Positions 9,708-20,870 of a stretch of 64,000 bases of DNA are shown here, one piece after another; position 1 is the stretch's first letter; each line of letters starts with the position of its first letter. A program made the position numbers and the translations under genes. The DNA is taken from positions 1 to 64,000 of the forward strand of contig CAWIMJ010000005.1 of NCBI GenBank assembly GCA_963837175.1. Reading direction: 5' to 3'. The notes below the pieces were generated by a model, which saw only the letters and a list, made by a program, of their open reading frames with translations, did not search any database and was not told where the DNA came from. The DNA is from an uncultured Nitrososphaeraceae archaeon (lineage in GTDB: Archaea; Thermoproteota; Nitrososphaeria; Nitrososphaerales; Nitrososphaeraceae).

Positions 9708-10851
9708 TATGAATGTGACATCTCCTGTTGCAAGCGTCTATGTAGTTCTGGATTATACTTTGCCAGAGTATCAAAACTCATATGGTATATTTGGGGCTTT
9801 TTTGACGAATTATTTACTGCAGATCTTATCAGGTATTCTGCATTAAATTTAGTCTTGATAGAGGACTGCATTTATTCTGCAACCAGTCTTGTATTACTTG
9901 CACTGCTTGTTCATGTAAAAGCTTTTTCTTATATAGTAGGTACGGTGCAAGAATAAGGCTTACTGCATTCTTTCTAAAGTCTCCTATTCCTATTTGCAAC
10001 AGGCATTCAATCCAGCCGGTGATATCAGAGCCGCCATTATTGGAGTGATGTAGCCATTTCTTCTTGCGACTCTCCTCAGATTCAGATTCTTTGGCCCGCT
10101 TCATCTCCTCGATCTTATCTTTGAAGCGGTTATCAAATAGGTAATATCTAAAGTCCCGGAGAACATATTGAATCGCTCCTCGCTCACCGTTCCAAGGCTG
10201 GATTATTGCAACTTCTTGCTCTGGCTGTCGCTTTGTATTCATAGTATATGGGACCCGAAGTAAACATGATTTGACCGTGGGTGTATGTGCTCTATCGCAT
10301 CTACCATTTGTAAAGAATCGCTCTGCAAAGCCCATAAACACAGAAGTCAAATCTTTGTTCCTGTTAATTCTCCACCAATCAGCAAACTCTGCAAACACTT
10401 CATGTTGTTCTGGTATGATGTCGCCGCTTAGCGGTAGATAGATGTGGAATCCTCCGCCGGTCCATAGGACTGTCGGCTGTATGTTATCGCCGAAAGCCTT
10501 CTGAATATTCTTGCAAGTCCTGTCCTTGACCCGGTCCAATTTCACTCTATCATTTGAGAAATTTGTCAGATCCAGATCTATAAAGATAAAGTTAGCCGGC
10601 TGTCTATTTATGCCATTGTAGGATGTGTATCTGGGAAATGCATTGATTCTGCAGTCCTTGTAATTTGCAGCCTTGAAATATGCCAGGATCTGATCCTTGG
10701 AGGATACTACAACCTGTCCTGGGGTCCCAGCAGTCATTATGGTCCGCGGGAATATGGGTTCTTGGGAGTGTTGGAGGGTAAAGTCCACTGCGTCATTAAC
10801 CTTCTGTTCTCGAGTCGAAGAAGAAGGTGGCTGTATTGTCGTCATAACCAT
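9707..10851 (-). CDS. Archaeo-eukaryotic primase (AEP) domain fused to a PriX-like C-terminal domain
   Basis: FIFIDLD, WTGGGFHIY and LLRVPYTMN are AEP motifs. WIECLLQIGIGDFRKNAVSLILAPYLL is PriX-like. A 1-nt shift near 9845 continues NAEYLIRSAV...YNPELHRRL to a stop at 9707. Confidence 0.8.
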
Positions 10852-10871
10852 GGCTATTAGATAGCCTCCTG

Positions 10872-11195
10872 TTATGGTGGTGGATATTCCGACGTCGAAA
10901 TTGCCGGAGGAGAAGAGGAAAGCAGGGCTGCTTTTACTTCAGGATTAGAATTTTCGTCTCTTACATAAGATGTCAGTCGCTTGCATTGATCCACCGCATA
11001 CTCTAATCGGGCGTCCATACCTCCACCTTTACCGACAGGTACTTTGACCATAGCCATTCTATGATTCTCAAACAAGTGGAATTTAAGGTCAAACACTATG
11101 TAGGTCATTGTCTGACGCTGAATTCCAGTACACCAGAAGCAGTAATACTTTAGGTCGTCAATGTTCACGTCATGGTGACTATAATTACTACCCAC
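10872..11195 (-). CDS. C2H2-type zinc-finger protein
   Basis: YYCFWC...FDLKFHLFENH. Confidence 0.55.
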   Translation of the reverse strand: MGSNYSHHDVNIDDLKYYCFWCTGIQRQTMTYIVFDLKFHLFENHRMAMVKVPVGKGGGMDARLEYAVDQCKRLTSYVRDENSNPEVKAALLSSSPPAISTSEYPPP

Positions 11196-11234
11196 TAGAA
11201 CAATTCTCCTCCTTCTCTAACGAAAAAATATTCT

Positions 11235-11299
11235 TTACGGGACATTACGGGGCTACTGAACTTTTGATTGAGACCCGTAGATCTCCGTAAGCTCCGTAA
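11235..11299. repeat. Inverted array of TTACGG/CCGTAA hexamers, candidate origin iterons
   Basis: TTACGG at 11235 and 11245; CCGTAG at 11275; CCGTAA at 11285 and 11294. Confidence 0.5.
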
Positions 11300-11511
11300 A
11301 ATGCGATTTTTCATAAGTATTGCAAGAAATACAATACCAATGTACGAATTCTTGTTTTTGAGATGAGAGTGATTAAATAATTTATACGGGTCTCTTTTAT
11401 GGGTCTCTTGCGTTTTTAAGATATTTACCCCAGTAACCATTTTTATAATTATTTTCTATCGCCTCCCTCTTTACTAGCAGACCTCCGATTATATTTTATA
11501 ATAAACGCTTC

Positions 11512-13820
11512 TCAAAGTCCTCTGGTGTTGGATAGTACATTTTTACCAGGATGCTCAGAGTCTATATGTTTAACACGCTCCATATCACTTGAATAAACTT
11601 GACTACAGTAAAAGCAATTGAACCTCTTGTGTTCTTTCTCCTGCAACTGTGGTGAGGAAGTTGGCGATACTTGATCAATCGATGATGCTATAGTAGGCGG
11701 TATAGAAGACCGCCAATCCTCTTTATCCTGCCATTCTACTTCATTAGGATATATTAAATTATTCGTTTTCGACTGAATCGAATAATTTATTTGAAGCATT
11801 ATCTTCAGGACTTAACTTTTCCACATTTTGATAAGAGTTTTCTTGTAATTCACTATCGATTTCATTAGTTTCCCGATATTCTTCTAACAACCCACTTTTC
11901 GCTAAATTATTTTGCTCTTGTGATGGAGTGGATTGAAGGAAGAACGAGGACAAGTCCTGGCGAACTGGACTATATGTCGTTACTTTAGAACAAATGATAG
12001 ATTTTTCATATATAATGTTATTTTGGATGCTGCTGGTGTTGGAAATATTCGCTACTGTCGCAGAGGAGGAGAAATCTTTTGCCGCTGCTGCCTGCTTATT
12101 CTTTTCGTCATTAATATATTTTGTATTAAAGTATTCCTCTGGGTTCTTGTAATACTGATCTACTAATTCCTCTATTATTATGGTCTGGCCTTTATGATCT
12201 TTTATTTTTATTTCTAAATCGTAGTTTTCAGAATAATATCTCAAGACACCTTGAATTTTAGAGATTAGATATCTTTTATCGGGAAATAATTTAGAATCGC
12301 TAACAGGAACTTTTATTTGTTGTAAATAATTATTCGATTTATCATTTTCGAATAATTTAATATATTTTCTTGTTGTTCTTGTAATAGCGACTACAGGGTA
12401 GTATACGTTGGACCTTTTATCAAGTTCGCTTTCTGTCTTGTCTATGAACCCTTGGTTTATGAGAGGATAGATGTAAGTCTCCAGAAGCTTTTTTGTAGTA
12501 TGGCTTTGATTGTTAACTTCTCTGGTCTTCTCAACCAGCTGTTCTGTGGTTAATGCTATTCTTTTTTCCACTATTATCTTGTCATCTTTCTCTCTTGAGT
12601 CTGGTTCTGCCTTTGAGTTATATGCATCTAAGAATACATCGTAGTACCATTCCAAAATATATGGTCTTACTCCAGTTGCATATTCCATTAGAAATATCAC
12701 TTCTCGCAGGTCTTCAAACAGAGTAAAGGGTATAGTTTGTATCACAGGATTACCTTTTTCTCTTACTGTTATCTTCGGTCTTTTGTCGATGTTGATTATT
12801 GGCAACAAGTTTAAAATTCCAAACAGTCTGGTAGCTGTGGTCATATCAGAAGCATTTTGTTTAGGCAGTGAATTTGCTACAGTTTGATGAAATGGAACCA
12901 ACACATTGTTTTTGCCTGGCTTGACTCTATCGCAAATCTGTTGCATCCTGTCTTTAATTCCCAGAATTATCTCACGTGCTTTTTCCTTATCTAAATCACT
13001 TACGATTTTGGCTTGATAGGCTAGGTCAGGCAATCCATGCTTATCAGAGATCAGGTCCACTGCCCGCTCATACTTCTCTGTTGTCATCTTTAGGGTTTGT
13101 GATAATGAATCGACGCTGGATCTCATCATAACGGGAGTTGTTACTATAGTCTATGGCTTGTGCAAATATTACAGCAGGCCAGCCTCTTAGTATATTAGTT
13201 CTAGTTTTTATTCCATTATGAGTATCAACATACTCATACTCAATCTCGTATCTGTCATGAGATAGCAATGACATAATAGCAGCAAAAAATTCTGGTCTTG
13301 GACTGTCAAAAAATATCAGGACCTTGTGCGATAAATCAATAAGCTTCTTGGCATTCTTTAATAGATCTTCCTTTTCCTTTTCGAGATCTTTTATATTGCT
13401 TTGCAGTGCTTTCTTTAAGTCGCTATTGGTTGTCTTTTTTATTTCAGTTTCGTTCTCTTCTATTTTATCATCAATTTCTTTTATGCTTTCGTCAATTGGT
13501 TTATAATCACCAGATTCATTTTTCACAACCAAAATACCTGCTCTATGGAACAGCGCCTTTTCGCTCATACCTGCAAGCGGTACCACATCAGCTTTAGGAA
13601 AATATTCGAGGACCTTGTTTATGACGTGGCTTTTTCCTACACCAGTAGGTGCATTGACAGCAAGGTTGAGAGGGTTATTTGTGTATGCGCTTAATATGAC
13701 ATAGAACAATTGCTTAACTAACCTATCCTCTTTTCTGGCTTCTCTTAGCATTAGATCCACACAGAACATCACCGAGTCATTGACATCAGCGAAATCGAAG
13801 TACATTTTAATAAAACTCAC
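11512..13820 (-). CDS. AAA+/MCM-like ATPase (putative replicative helicase) with winged-helix-like region and C-terminal C2H2 finger; two frameshifts
   Basis: NPLNLAVNAPTGVGKSH (Walker A), LIFFD and EIQRRFII (Arg finger-like). Overlapping ORFs 13068..13820, 11759..13129 and 11512..11799 (CFYC...HIDSEH) appear to join. Confidence 0.7.
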
Positions 13821-13858
13821 CTTCGCAGGTTCTGCGCTCGTGAACCTCTTCTGTTTTC

Positions 13859-14077
13859 TCAGACTCCATGTAGCCTTTGTTGTAATGTTTTGTCATTATG
13901 TCTCTGCTTAAATACTGCCTTTCGCACAACCAGGGAGTCGCCTACATGCTCCCATGTAAAATAATCTCCTTTGGTAATTTTTAATTTATTTGCAAATTGA
14001 CGTGGCAACACGATGTAAAAGCTTCTGTCCGAGCCAGCTTGCACCTTTCTTAGTTCTGCTTGTTCATGATATAACAT
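13859..14077 (-). CDS. AbrB/MazE/SpoVT-family DNA-binding protein
   Basis: RKVQAGSDRSFYIVLPRQFANKLKITKGDYF. Confidence 0.8.
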   Translation of the reverse strand: MLYHEQAELRKVQAGSDRSFYIVLPRQFANKLKITKGDYFTWEHVGDSLVVRKAVFKQRHNDKTLQQRLHGV

Positions 14078-14081
14078 GATT

Positions 14082-14107
14082 TTCTAGATTATATTTATTA
14101 TCTAGAA
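14082..14107. promoter_or_regulatory. Palindromic operator candidate between divergent genes
   Basis: TTCTAGAT-(TATATTTATT)-ATCTAGAA, an 8-bp inverted repeat around an AT-rich TATA-like core. Confidence 0.4.
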
Positions 14108-14144
14108 GTACGAGGGAAGTACTGTTAGGTGTAATTACTTCATA

Positions 14145-14883
14145 ATGTCAAGAAAGCGCAGACACCTCCATCTGTTCAAAATGTGGAAAGCCCGGCTCTT
14201 TACAACGAGATTGGGTAAGAAGTAGTCGTTACGCAGTTTCACCTGAAACAACCCTTGCTGCTAATGGAAAGTGGGTTGATGAAGAGGAAAAAGATTTCGA
14301 AACTGAAACTATTCAAAAGAAAAGACGCTTCAAGACATTTTCGGACAAATATCTCCATAATTACGTAGTGCATTATGACTCTATAACTCACAAAAGAAAA
14401 AAACACTATATAGATAATATTAGGAAGAAAGAAGAGAAATCTGCTAATCCTAGAGAGGTATTGGTATATTCAATAATGCAGCATGTAAAAACCATTCAAG
14501 GAATAGAAAAGAAAATTTTGAAGTATCCTCCTACTAATCCAGTAGATGATAAACGAATTGCTCAGGCCTTCCGTGAATACACAAATATACTTAATCCAAA
14601 TTTTAAAGGGCCACTCCCAGACTGGTTTAAAGAACTGGAGAGAATTAGACAAGAGTATGACAAGCTGATGCAACAAAAAAGAGAGAAAGTGATTGATAGG
14701 ATTAAAGTAGAGGAATTTGAAAATATTCCTGAGGTAAAGGCAATAATACTTACCAAAGCTAGAGAACTTATTAATGCAATACCAATATATCGCGAATTAG
14801 TATATTGGCACAAACATTACGTAGAACCCCATCTGGCAGATAGAAGTAATTCACTAGCTGATATATTGAGCGAAAAAGCTTAA
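14145..14883 (+). CDS. Hypothetical protein with an N-terminal CxxC zinc ribbon; frameshift near the start
   Basis: The frame of ORF 14368..14883 extends upstream through ICSKCGKPGSL...YVVHYD...KKHYI; the ATG at 14145 is out of frame. Confidence 0.55.
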
Positions 14884-15081
14884 TCTATTTTAGTATGAAT
14901 TCTTTTATATTCTGTATAGTTGTTGTCGTTTATGCTGGTTTATTTGCTTAATGAATAGAGATTATTCGGAGGTTAATTGATGAATATATTCTCGTTAACA
15001 GAGCCTGACCAAGAACAACTCTGCTTTTAGAGATTGTTATAAAGGAGCGTATTAAATTATGTAATACACTTTATCATTAAC

Positions 15082-15702
15082 GTGGACGTTATTAAGTATC
15101 CTATATATCCAATACTTAAATCAGGAGATGTTGTAATTTGGGATTTTACGAATTTCGAGAAATCAGATAAAAACGAGCTGTTGACTTCCAATGATATACT
15201 GCAGCCTAAAAAGGTAGATGATAATTATCTTACTTTTTGCAAATGTCATTTTAATGTTAAGTCTTTAATTTATGAAAAAGCGACACCCGAAGATGTTTTA
15301 TCCGGCTGGATATCAGCAAATGAAGAACTCAAATTAGGCAGACTGGCAAAATTGTTTCTTCGTGACTCACTCTATAATCTTTATTTGACTAAGCATTTCC
15401 ATAACGAGCCAGACTTAATTTTAGTATTAAGACTAGCGTATTGGTTTTATAGATGCAGTCGTCTTAATAGTAATGATTCTTTTAAGTACAAGATAACTGA
15501 GGTTAAGAGAAAATTAACTAAAGGGTTATTAAATCAAAGAGAAAAAATAAACAGGCAGCTAAGCCATCATACTAATAATATTACTATCGTGAATACCTTA
15601 ATTTCAGAGTTGGAACAGATTATATTCCAATTTAGAAATAATAAAGATATACGTAAAGAATTACGAGAGCGATCCGCTAAATATAGGGCTCTGTTCACTT
15701 AA
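15082..15702 (+). CDS. Hypothetical protein, 3' end probably truncated by IS6
   Basis: 206-aa ORF whose stop lies inside the IS6 left IR. Confidence 0.55.
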   Translation: MDVIKYPIYPILKSGDVVIWDFTNFEKSDKNELLTSNDILQPKKVDDNYLTFCKCHFNVKSLIYEKATPEDVLSGWISANEELKLGRLAKLFLRDSLYNLYLTKHFHNEPDLILVLRLAYWFYRCSRLNSNDSFKYKITEVKRKLTKGLLNQREKINRQLSHHTNNITIVNTLISELEQIIFQFRNNKDIRKELRERSAKYRALFT

Positions 15703-16362
15703 CGATAAATCTATAGCTTGAAGATGTCCTATCTCTTTTTATGAATACAAGAAACAGAACATCTTCAGAATATATTGGCTATGGTCTATATTTTTATTTT
15801 TCAGGTCTTTCATTAAGAAAGACATCCGAAAGATTATCGTTTTGTTTTATAAAGAGAAATCATGTATCAATCTGGAATTGGATACAAAAGTATAAACCCA
15901 AAAAGATATTTGAAAGAAAAAAGAAAATCGAGAAATTCATTATCGATGAAATATTAATAAAAATTGGTTCAGAATTGATATGGCTTTGGGTTGCTATTGA
16001 ACTTGAGAGTAAGGAAATCCATAGAATTAGTATATCTAAAGAGAGAAATATGCTCTTAGCTGAGCGATTTATTTCAAGCTTAGTTGGGATTCATGGTCAA
16101 CATCCAGTTTCCACAGATGGAGGTACTTGGTATCCACAAGCTTGTAGGTTCTTGAGATTGCCTCATCATATCCATTCCTCTTATGAGAAAAGCATTATAG
16201 AAAGAACAATGCAGTACATAAAAGATAGAACACAGAATGCTTTGATAATGACTATTTCCCTTGCAGAAAGAAGAATTGTAAATTATTACATGTGTGGAAT
16301 TGGTTAAATCTATTCATAGGTTATCATAACAAGCAATTACAAATCGTTAAGTGAACAGAGCC
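15687..16362 (+). mobile_element. IS6-family insertion sequence (676 bp)
   Basis: 20-bp perfect IRs GGCTCTGTTCACTTAACGAT and ATCGTTAAGTGAACAGAGCC. The flanking 8-mers differ (AAATATAG vs GTACTATA), so there is no TSD. Confidence 0.92.
15741..16354 (+). CDS. IS6-family DDE transposase, frameshift near the C-terminus
   Basis: GLSLRKT...HVSIWNWIQKY, IIDEILIKIG...WLWVAIE, STDGGTWYPQAC, IIERTMQYIKDRT. The alternative frame ends WNWLNLFIGYHNKQLQIVK*. Confidence 0.9.
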
Positions 16363-16411
16363 GTACTATACTACTAACTACTTATATATAACTAAAGCAT
16401 CAAGTTTTCAA

Positions 16412-16753
16412 GTGGCAAGCAAGAAAAATAGATCTTCAGAGGATAAGTCTGATAGAGCAACAGACAGTAATAATTCCGGAGAGCAGGAAGGCCAAGGTCA
16501 GCGACCACAAGAACCTGGGAAAGAGAGACAGGTACATGAAGAGATCATTGCACGCCACTATGAAGGAGGCATGGCTCCGACTCCAGAGGCTTATAGACGT
16601 GCACTTAAGCAATGGCAGCAGCTACCTGGATCGATAGTGCGGCCTCCAACAGATGTGCAGCCACCGGCCAAGAAAGCATCAAATCCTTCTAATGCGACGT
16701 CTACGTCCCAGCCAACAGCCGATGAGCAGACCGACAGAGAGTCTCAGAAATGA
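16412..16753 (+). CDS. Hydrophilic protein resembling the N-terminal leader region of BNR beta-propeller proteins
   Basis: PTPEAYRRALKQWQQLP; ATGA overlap with the propeller gene. Confidence 0.55.
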   Translation: MASKKNRSSEDKSDRATDSNNSGEQEGQGQRPQEPGKERQVHEEIIARHYEGGMAPTPEAYRRALKQWQQLPGSIVRPPTDVQPPAKKASNPSNATSTSQPTADEQTDRESQK

Positions 16754-19670
16754 CGCTGAACGGAAGGGTATGGGCTCCCATCGGTCCTAGCCCTATGATT
16801 GGAGTTCAGGTGGATTCAAGCTGCAATGTAATCGGGAACCGCAGCGACAACGGTTTAGTTTCCTCAATTGCCATTAGTCCTTCTAATCCAAATATCATTT
16901 ATAGAGGCACGCAGGGCGGAGGCTTGTGGCTGAGCAAAGATGGTGGCACCACATGGACACCGATCTTTGACCGGCAACTATCACTTATTGTAGGGGAGCC
17001 CAACGCCATTGCGATTGACCCAAATAATACTGATACAGTGTATGTAGGCACTAGCGCACGTCAAACTGTCCCGGGAACGTTCACCATGCAGGCCACAAGC
17101 AGGTTTGTTTAAATCGACTGATGGGGGCAGTAGCTGGATACAGCTCGGCTCCGGCTTCCCGTCCGGCAATACAGGCAACGCCATACAGTTTGTAAATCAA
17201 TGGATCAATGTAATCATTGTTGATCCTGCCAATAGCGACATCCTCTACCTGGCATCGAACAGCGGAGTATTTTGGTCCAACGATGGCGGCCAGAATTGGA
17301 CGCTGGGTGTAAATTCCAACGGGGATGTTCGTTCGCTCGTGCTTGACACATCTACTCCAGCCGGCTCGCGCACCCTGTACGCGGGCATTTCTGGACGTGG
17401 TGTGTTCCGATCAAATGATGGCGGTCTAAATTGGATAGAAATTCTCAGCGCGACCACTCCACCACCACCAGGTAACCCGGTAGCGACAGCAATAGGTTCG
17501 GGTGGTTTTAACAAGGTCGTAGTTGATATTGCGCCTCCTACCTCGCCTCCTAGCGCAGGAGGTGTGCAGGTGCTATACGTGAGCCTGCAAGGAACCGGAG
17601 GCGCCCTCGACCCGGTAGGAGTCTTCAGGAGGCACAGATCGGGGAGCAACGTGGTCCCAGCGCACCGCCACTAACATGCCCACCAATACACAGGGCGGAT
17701 ACAGCTTTCATATGGCTGTAGATCCAGGCTCACCAGGCGACGGGATCAATGACATCATTTACTTCGGCGCTGTCGGTCAGGCAAGATCAAACGACTCAGG
17801 AAATAACTTTACCACCATGACGGGTCTACATGGCGACACCCATTCGTGGGCCTTTTTTCGGCAGCCTAGTCCCGCGGCATCGATTGTGTTCAATGGTAAC
17901 GATGGTGGTCTTTTTAGGTCTACTGATGGCGGGGTGTCCTGGGCATCCCTCAACGCAGGCGGCCTGCAGACAGGCCTGTTCTACAATATAGATATCAGAC
18001 CCGATGCCACTGGCAGTGTCACTGTGGGTGCTCCGCAGGATAATGGCCTCCAGACTACCTCGGCAGTCGCCGCACCTAACTGGAGCAGCCCTCAAGGCGG
18101 CGACGGCTGGGATATAGCTTATGATGGAGTGACGCCCGGCCGCGTCTACGGTACCAGTGGATTCTGGCCTGCTCCCTGCACGAGGGTCTTCGTTTCGACG
18201 GTTGACGGGGCAGACTTCCCGCCATGTGTTTTCACCACACCGACGAGCCAGGAAATTACACCCCCCTGGGGTACGACGAGCGACCAGCGATGTACACTCT
18301 TTCCAATTACTACAGACCCTAGTACTGCGGGAATTGTATATGTCAGTGGTAACCAGAATTTATGGCAAAGCAGAAACGCTGGAGCTGCAGGTAGCTGGCG
18401 TATCCTCTCTTTCTTTGCTAACACCGGTAACGTTGATGTGTCAAGGACTAATGGGAACAACGTCGTCATCGCCGTTGGTAGTCAGGTATTTCTATCGACC
18501 AATGCGCTAGCGACCACGGTGGGCGCACCGTCGGGGGTTGCCTTCAATAACATAACAAGGGATCTGCCGACGGGGAGAAATGTCATACGGGCAGTTTTCG
18601 ATCCTAATGATCCCAACACAATTTATGCAGTGATGGGTGGGATAAGCGGTGCCTCAGGAGGACACGTTTTTCGCACTTCCATAGGCTCATCGACATGGAC
18701 TGACATTTCGCCTGCGCTAGATATTCCCTTCAGTTCTATTGCGCTTGACGGCTCGGACACTCCTACTTGTATCTATGTAGGCACTGACTTCGGTGTACTG
18801 CGCTCAGTCGATGGCGGCTCCACGTGGTACATACTCGATGATATTCACTTTCCACGAGTGCCGGTCTGGGACCTCGTATTTAGGAATGGAGAACTGCGCG
18901 CTGGCACCTATGGCCGAGGTGTTTTTGCATTTGTTAAACCCATTGGCCCCGCCATCGCCGTGGATCTAGAACATGACCTGGAATTTGGAACTGTCTTCGA
19001 GGGGCCACAGTATTTGAAACTGGAGATCTTCAATGTTGGCGTCCAGGATTTAGTAATCAATAGCCTCCAACGTCTGATGGGCTCCAACGGCTTTACGGTG
19101 TTGCAAGCCCCAGTACCCCATTGGCTATCATGCCTGGCAATCATGTTGACTTCACAATTAGGTACATCCCTACTGCTACGAGTTGCAGTCAGGAAACTGC
19201 AATAATCCGCATTAGCAGCAATGATCCATCGGCTCGCTTTGTAGATTTGCTGACTACTGGCACTGGAAGAGTTCCAATATCTCAGATTAGAGCCCGCATA
19301 GAGACAGGAAATCACGACCCTGATAGGAATACTAGGGTCTATTTAGGATTTGACGGTAAGCATGGTAGGGAGTTTAGAATGAGAACAACTGATGATGCAA
19401 ATCCATTTAGACAAGGCACAGCGCTAGACATTGTATTTGGAAGCGGTGCTAATGTAAGAGATAAAGACATTAACGATCCTACACAACCCCAAATGGATCA
19501 AAATTGCGTAACAGGCGCATATATTAGAATTGAACCAGGACAGGAGAAACCATGGAAAATTGCAAGTGCTCAAGTATTCATAAATGGAAGTGGAACTCCT
19601 ATGTTTTCTCTAAAGCTTCCAAACATAGTACCTGGAAGAGGATGCAGGAGAAAAGGTATCTCTTGGATAA
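16750..19670 (+). CDS. BNR/Asp-box beta-propeller protein (GH74/VPS10-like) with Ig-like and PLAT-like domains; several frameshifts
   Basis: Many Asp boxes (SKDGGTTW, STDGGSSW, SNDGGQNW, SNDGGLNW, STDGGVSW, SVDGGSTW), GTYGRG, an Ig-like LEFGTV...IFNVG...ISSNDP segment and a C-terminal PLAT-like domain. Four overlapping ORFs; visibly higher GC than the flanks. Confidence 0.8.
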
Positions 19671-20156
19671 TAATCAAGTACAACAAAACAGGAGAAAAAT
19701 CGCGACGACATTAATAAGTAGATACACTTTTAAGCATAGCATAGAAGAGGAGTTCCAATGATAATATCTCAGATTAGAGCCCGCATAGAGACAGGAAATC
19801 ACGACCCTGATAGGAATACTAGGGTCTATTTAGGATTTGACGGTAAGCATGGTAGGGAGTTTAGAATGAGAACAACTGATGATGCAAATCCATTTAGACA
19901 AGGCACAGCGCCAGACATTGTATTTGGAAGCAGTGCTAATGTAAGAGATTCGAGCATCAATAATCCTAGTGATCCGCCTATGGATGATACCCAAATAACA
20001 GGCGCATATATTAGAATTGAACCAAGACAGGAGAAACGATGGGAAATTGCAAGTGCTCAAGTATTCATAAATGGAAGTGGAACTCCTATGTTTTCTCTAA
20101 ATCTTCCTAACATAGTATTAGAAGACGATACTACAGATAAGGTATCTCTTGGATAG
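19276..20156 (+). repeat. Tandem ~395-bp duplication (19276-19670 and 19763-20156)
   Basis: The first ~145 bp are identical; the rest is highly similar. Confidence 0.92.
19758..20156 (+). CDS. Stand-alone PLAT/LH2-like domain protein
   Basis: IRARIETG...RVYLGFDG...FRQG...D...IRIEP...WEIASAQV pattern; duplicate of the preceding gene's C-terminus. Confidence 0.6.
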   Translation: MIISQIRARIETGNHDPDRNTRVYLGFDGKHGREFRMRTTDDANPFRQGTAPDIVFGSSANVRDSSINNPSDPPMDDTQITGAYIRIEPRQEKRWEIASAQVFINGSGTPMFSLNLPNIVLEDDTTDKVSLG

Positions 20157-20509
20157 ACCAGTGATCAAAAAGAATTATCACAATTTAAATAATAGATATA
20201 CCTTGAGATAAAACCCTGCTGTAGACATATGTCTAGCTCTGTTCTCTGTTCTCTTGACGATTAACCACTGAAGAATAGCGTAGCTAGTATAGATATCGAC
20301 GACAACTAGGCTATAAGGTATTCGTTACGGTAATATAGTAACCATCTAATAACTACAGAAGTAACAACCTTAGCTGCAAACTAATTCATAGTGAGAGTGG
20401 TTTAATAAGGATGTGTTCAAACATAATCATTGCATTGCCTAATTGATATATCTAGAATTACTTTGTTCATGATTCCTTAGACAATACAAAAGATAAGATA
20501 ATCAAACAA

Positions 20510-20842
20510 TTATTTTGTGTTGTAAGCTGTCTTAAATATAGCATATCCCGTCACTATGATTAGTAATATCAAAGAGGGAATCACTACAATTTTGGCTATT
20601 TCTTCGTATTCAGTTAGTTCGGTTGTAAGGGCAACAATGCCGATCAACATTATGATGCTCAGCATACTGACTCCTAGGGGTTTTAAAATCTGAGCCACCC
20701 CTAGATTCAACATCTCCATGTTTAAAAGGATTGTGCGGAATATTGCCGTTGGGCGTCGGAAAACCTCCGGCGACCCTACAATGATATTCACGACATCAAC
20801 TTGACATCGAGCAATAAGACTCATAGTATAAAGGCAGGTCAA
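20510..20842 (-). CDS. Small membrane protein (two TM segments)
   Basis: Two hydrophobic segments in the C-terminal half; the true start is probably internal. Confidence 0.4.
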   Translation of the reverse strand: MTCLYTMSLIARCQVDVVNIIVGSPEVFRRPTAIFRTILLNMEMLNLGVAQILKPLGVSMLSIIMLIGIVALTTELTEYEEIAKIVVIPSLILLIIVTGYAIFKTAYNTK

Positions 20843-20870
20843 ACCTAACTCTATCTAATAAATATGTGTC

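Larger units (their letters stand above)
3094..14883 (-). mobile_element. Integrated virus/satellite-like module (replication plus DNA-packaging genes); boundaries approximate
   Basis: Mostly co-oriented cluster of TerL, TerS-like, ParB-MTase, SSB-like, primase, ATPase, AbrB and zinc-finger genes. No att sites or integrase identified. Confidence 0.7.

Noticed and set aside
16981-19315. Several minus-strand and alternative-frame ORFs inside the propeller gene
   Set aside because: Shadow ORFs expected in a GC-rich coding region.
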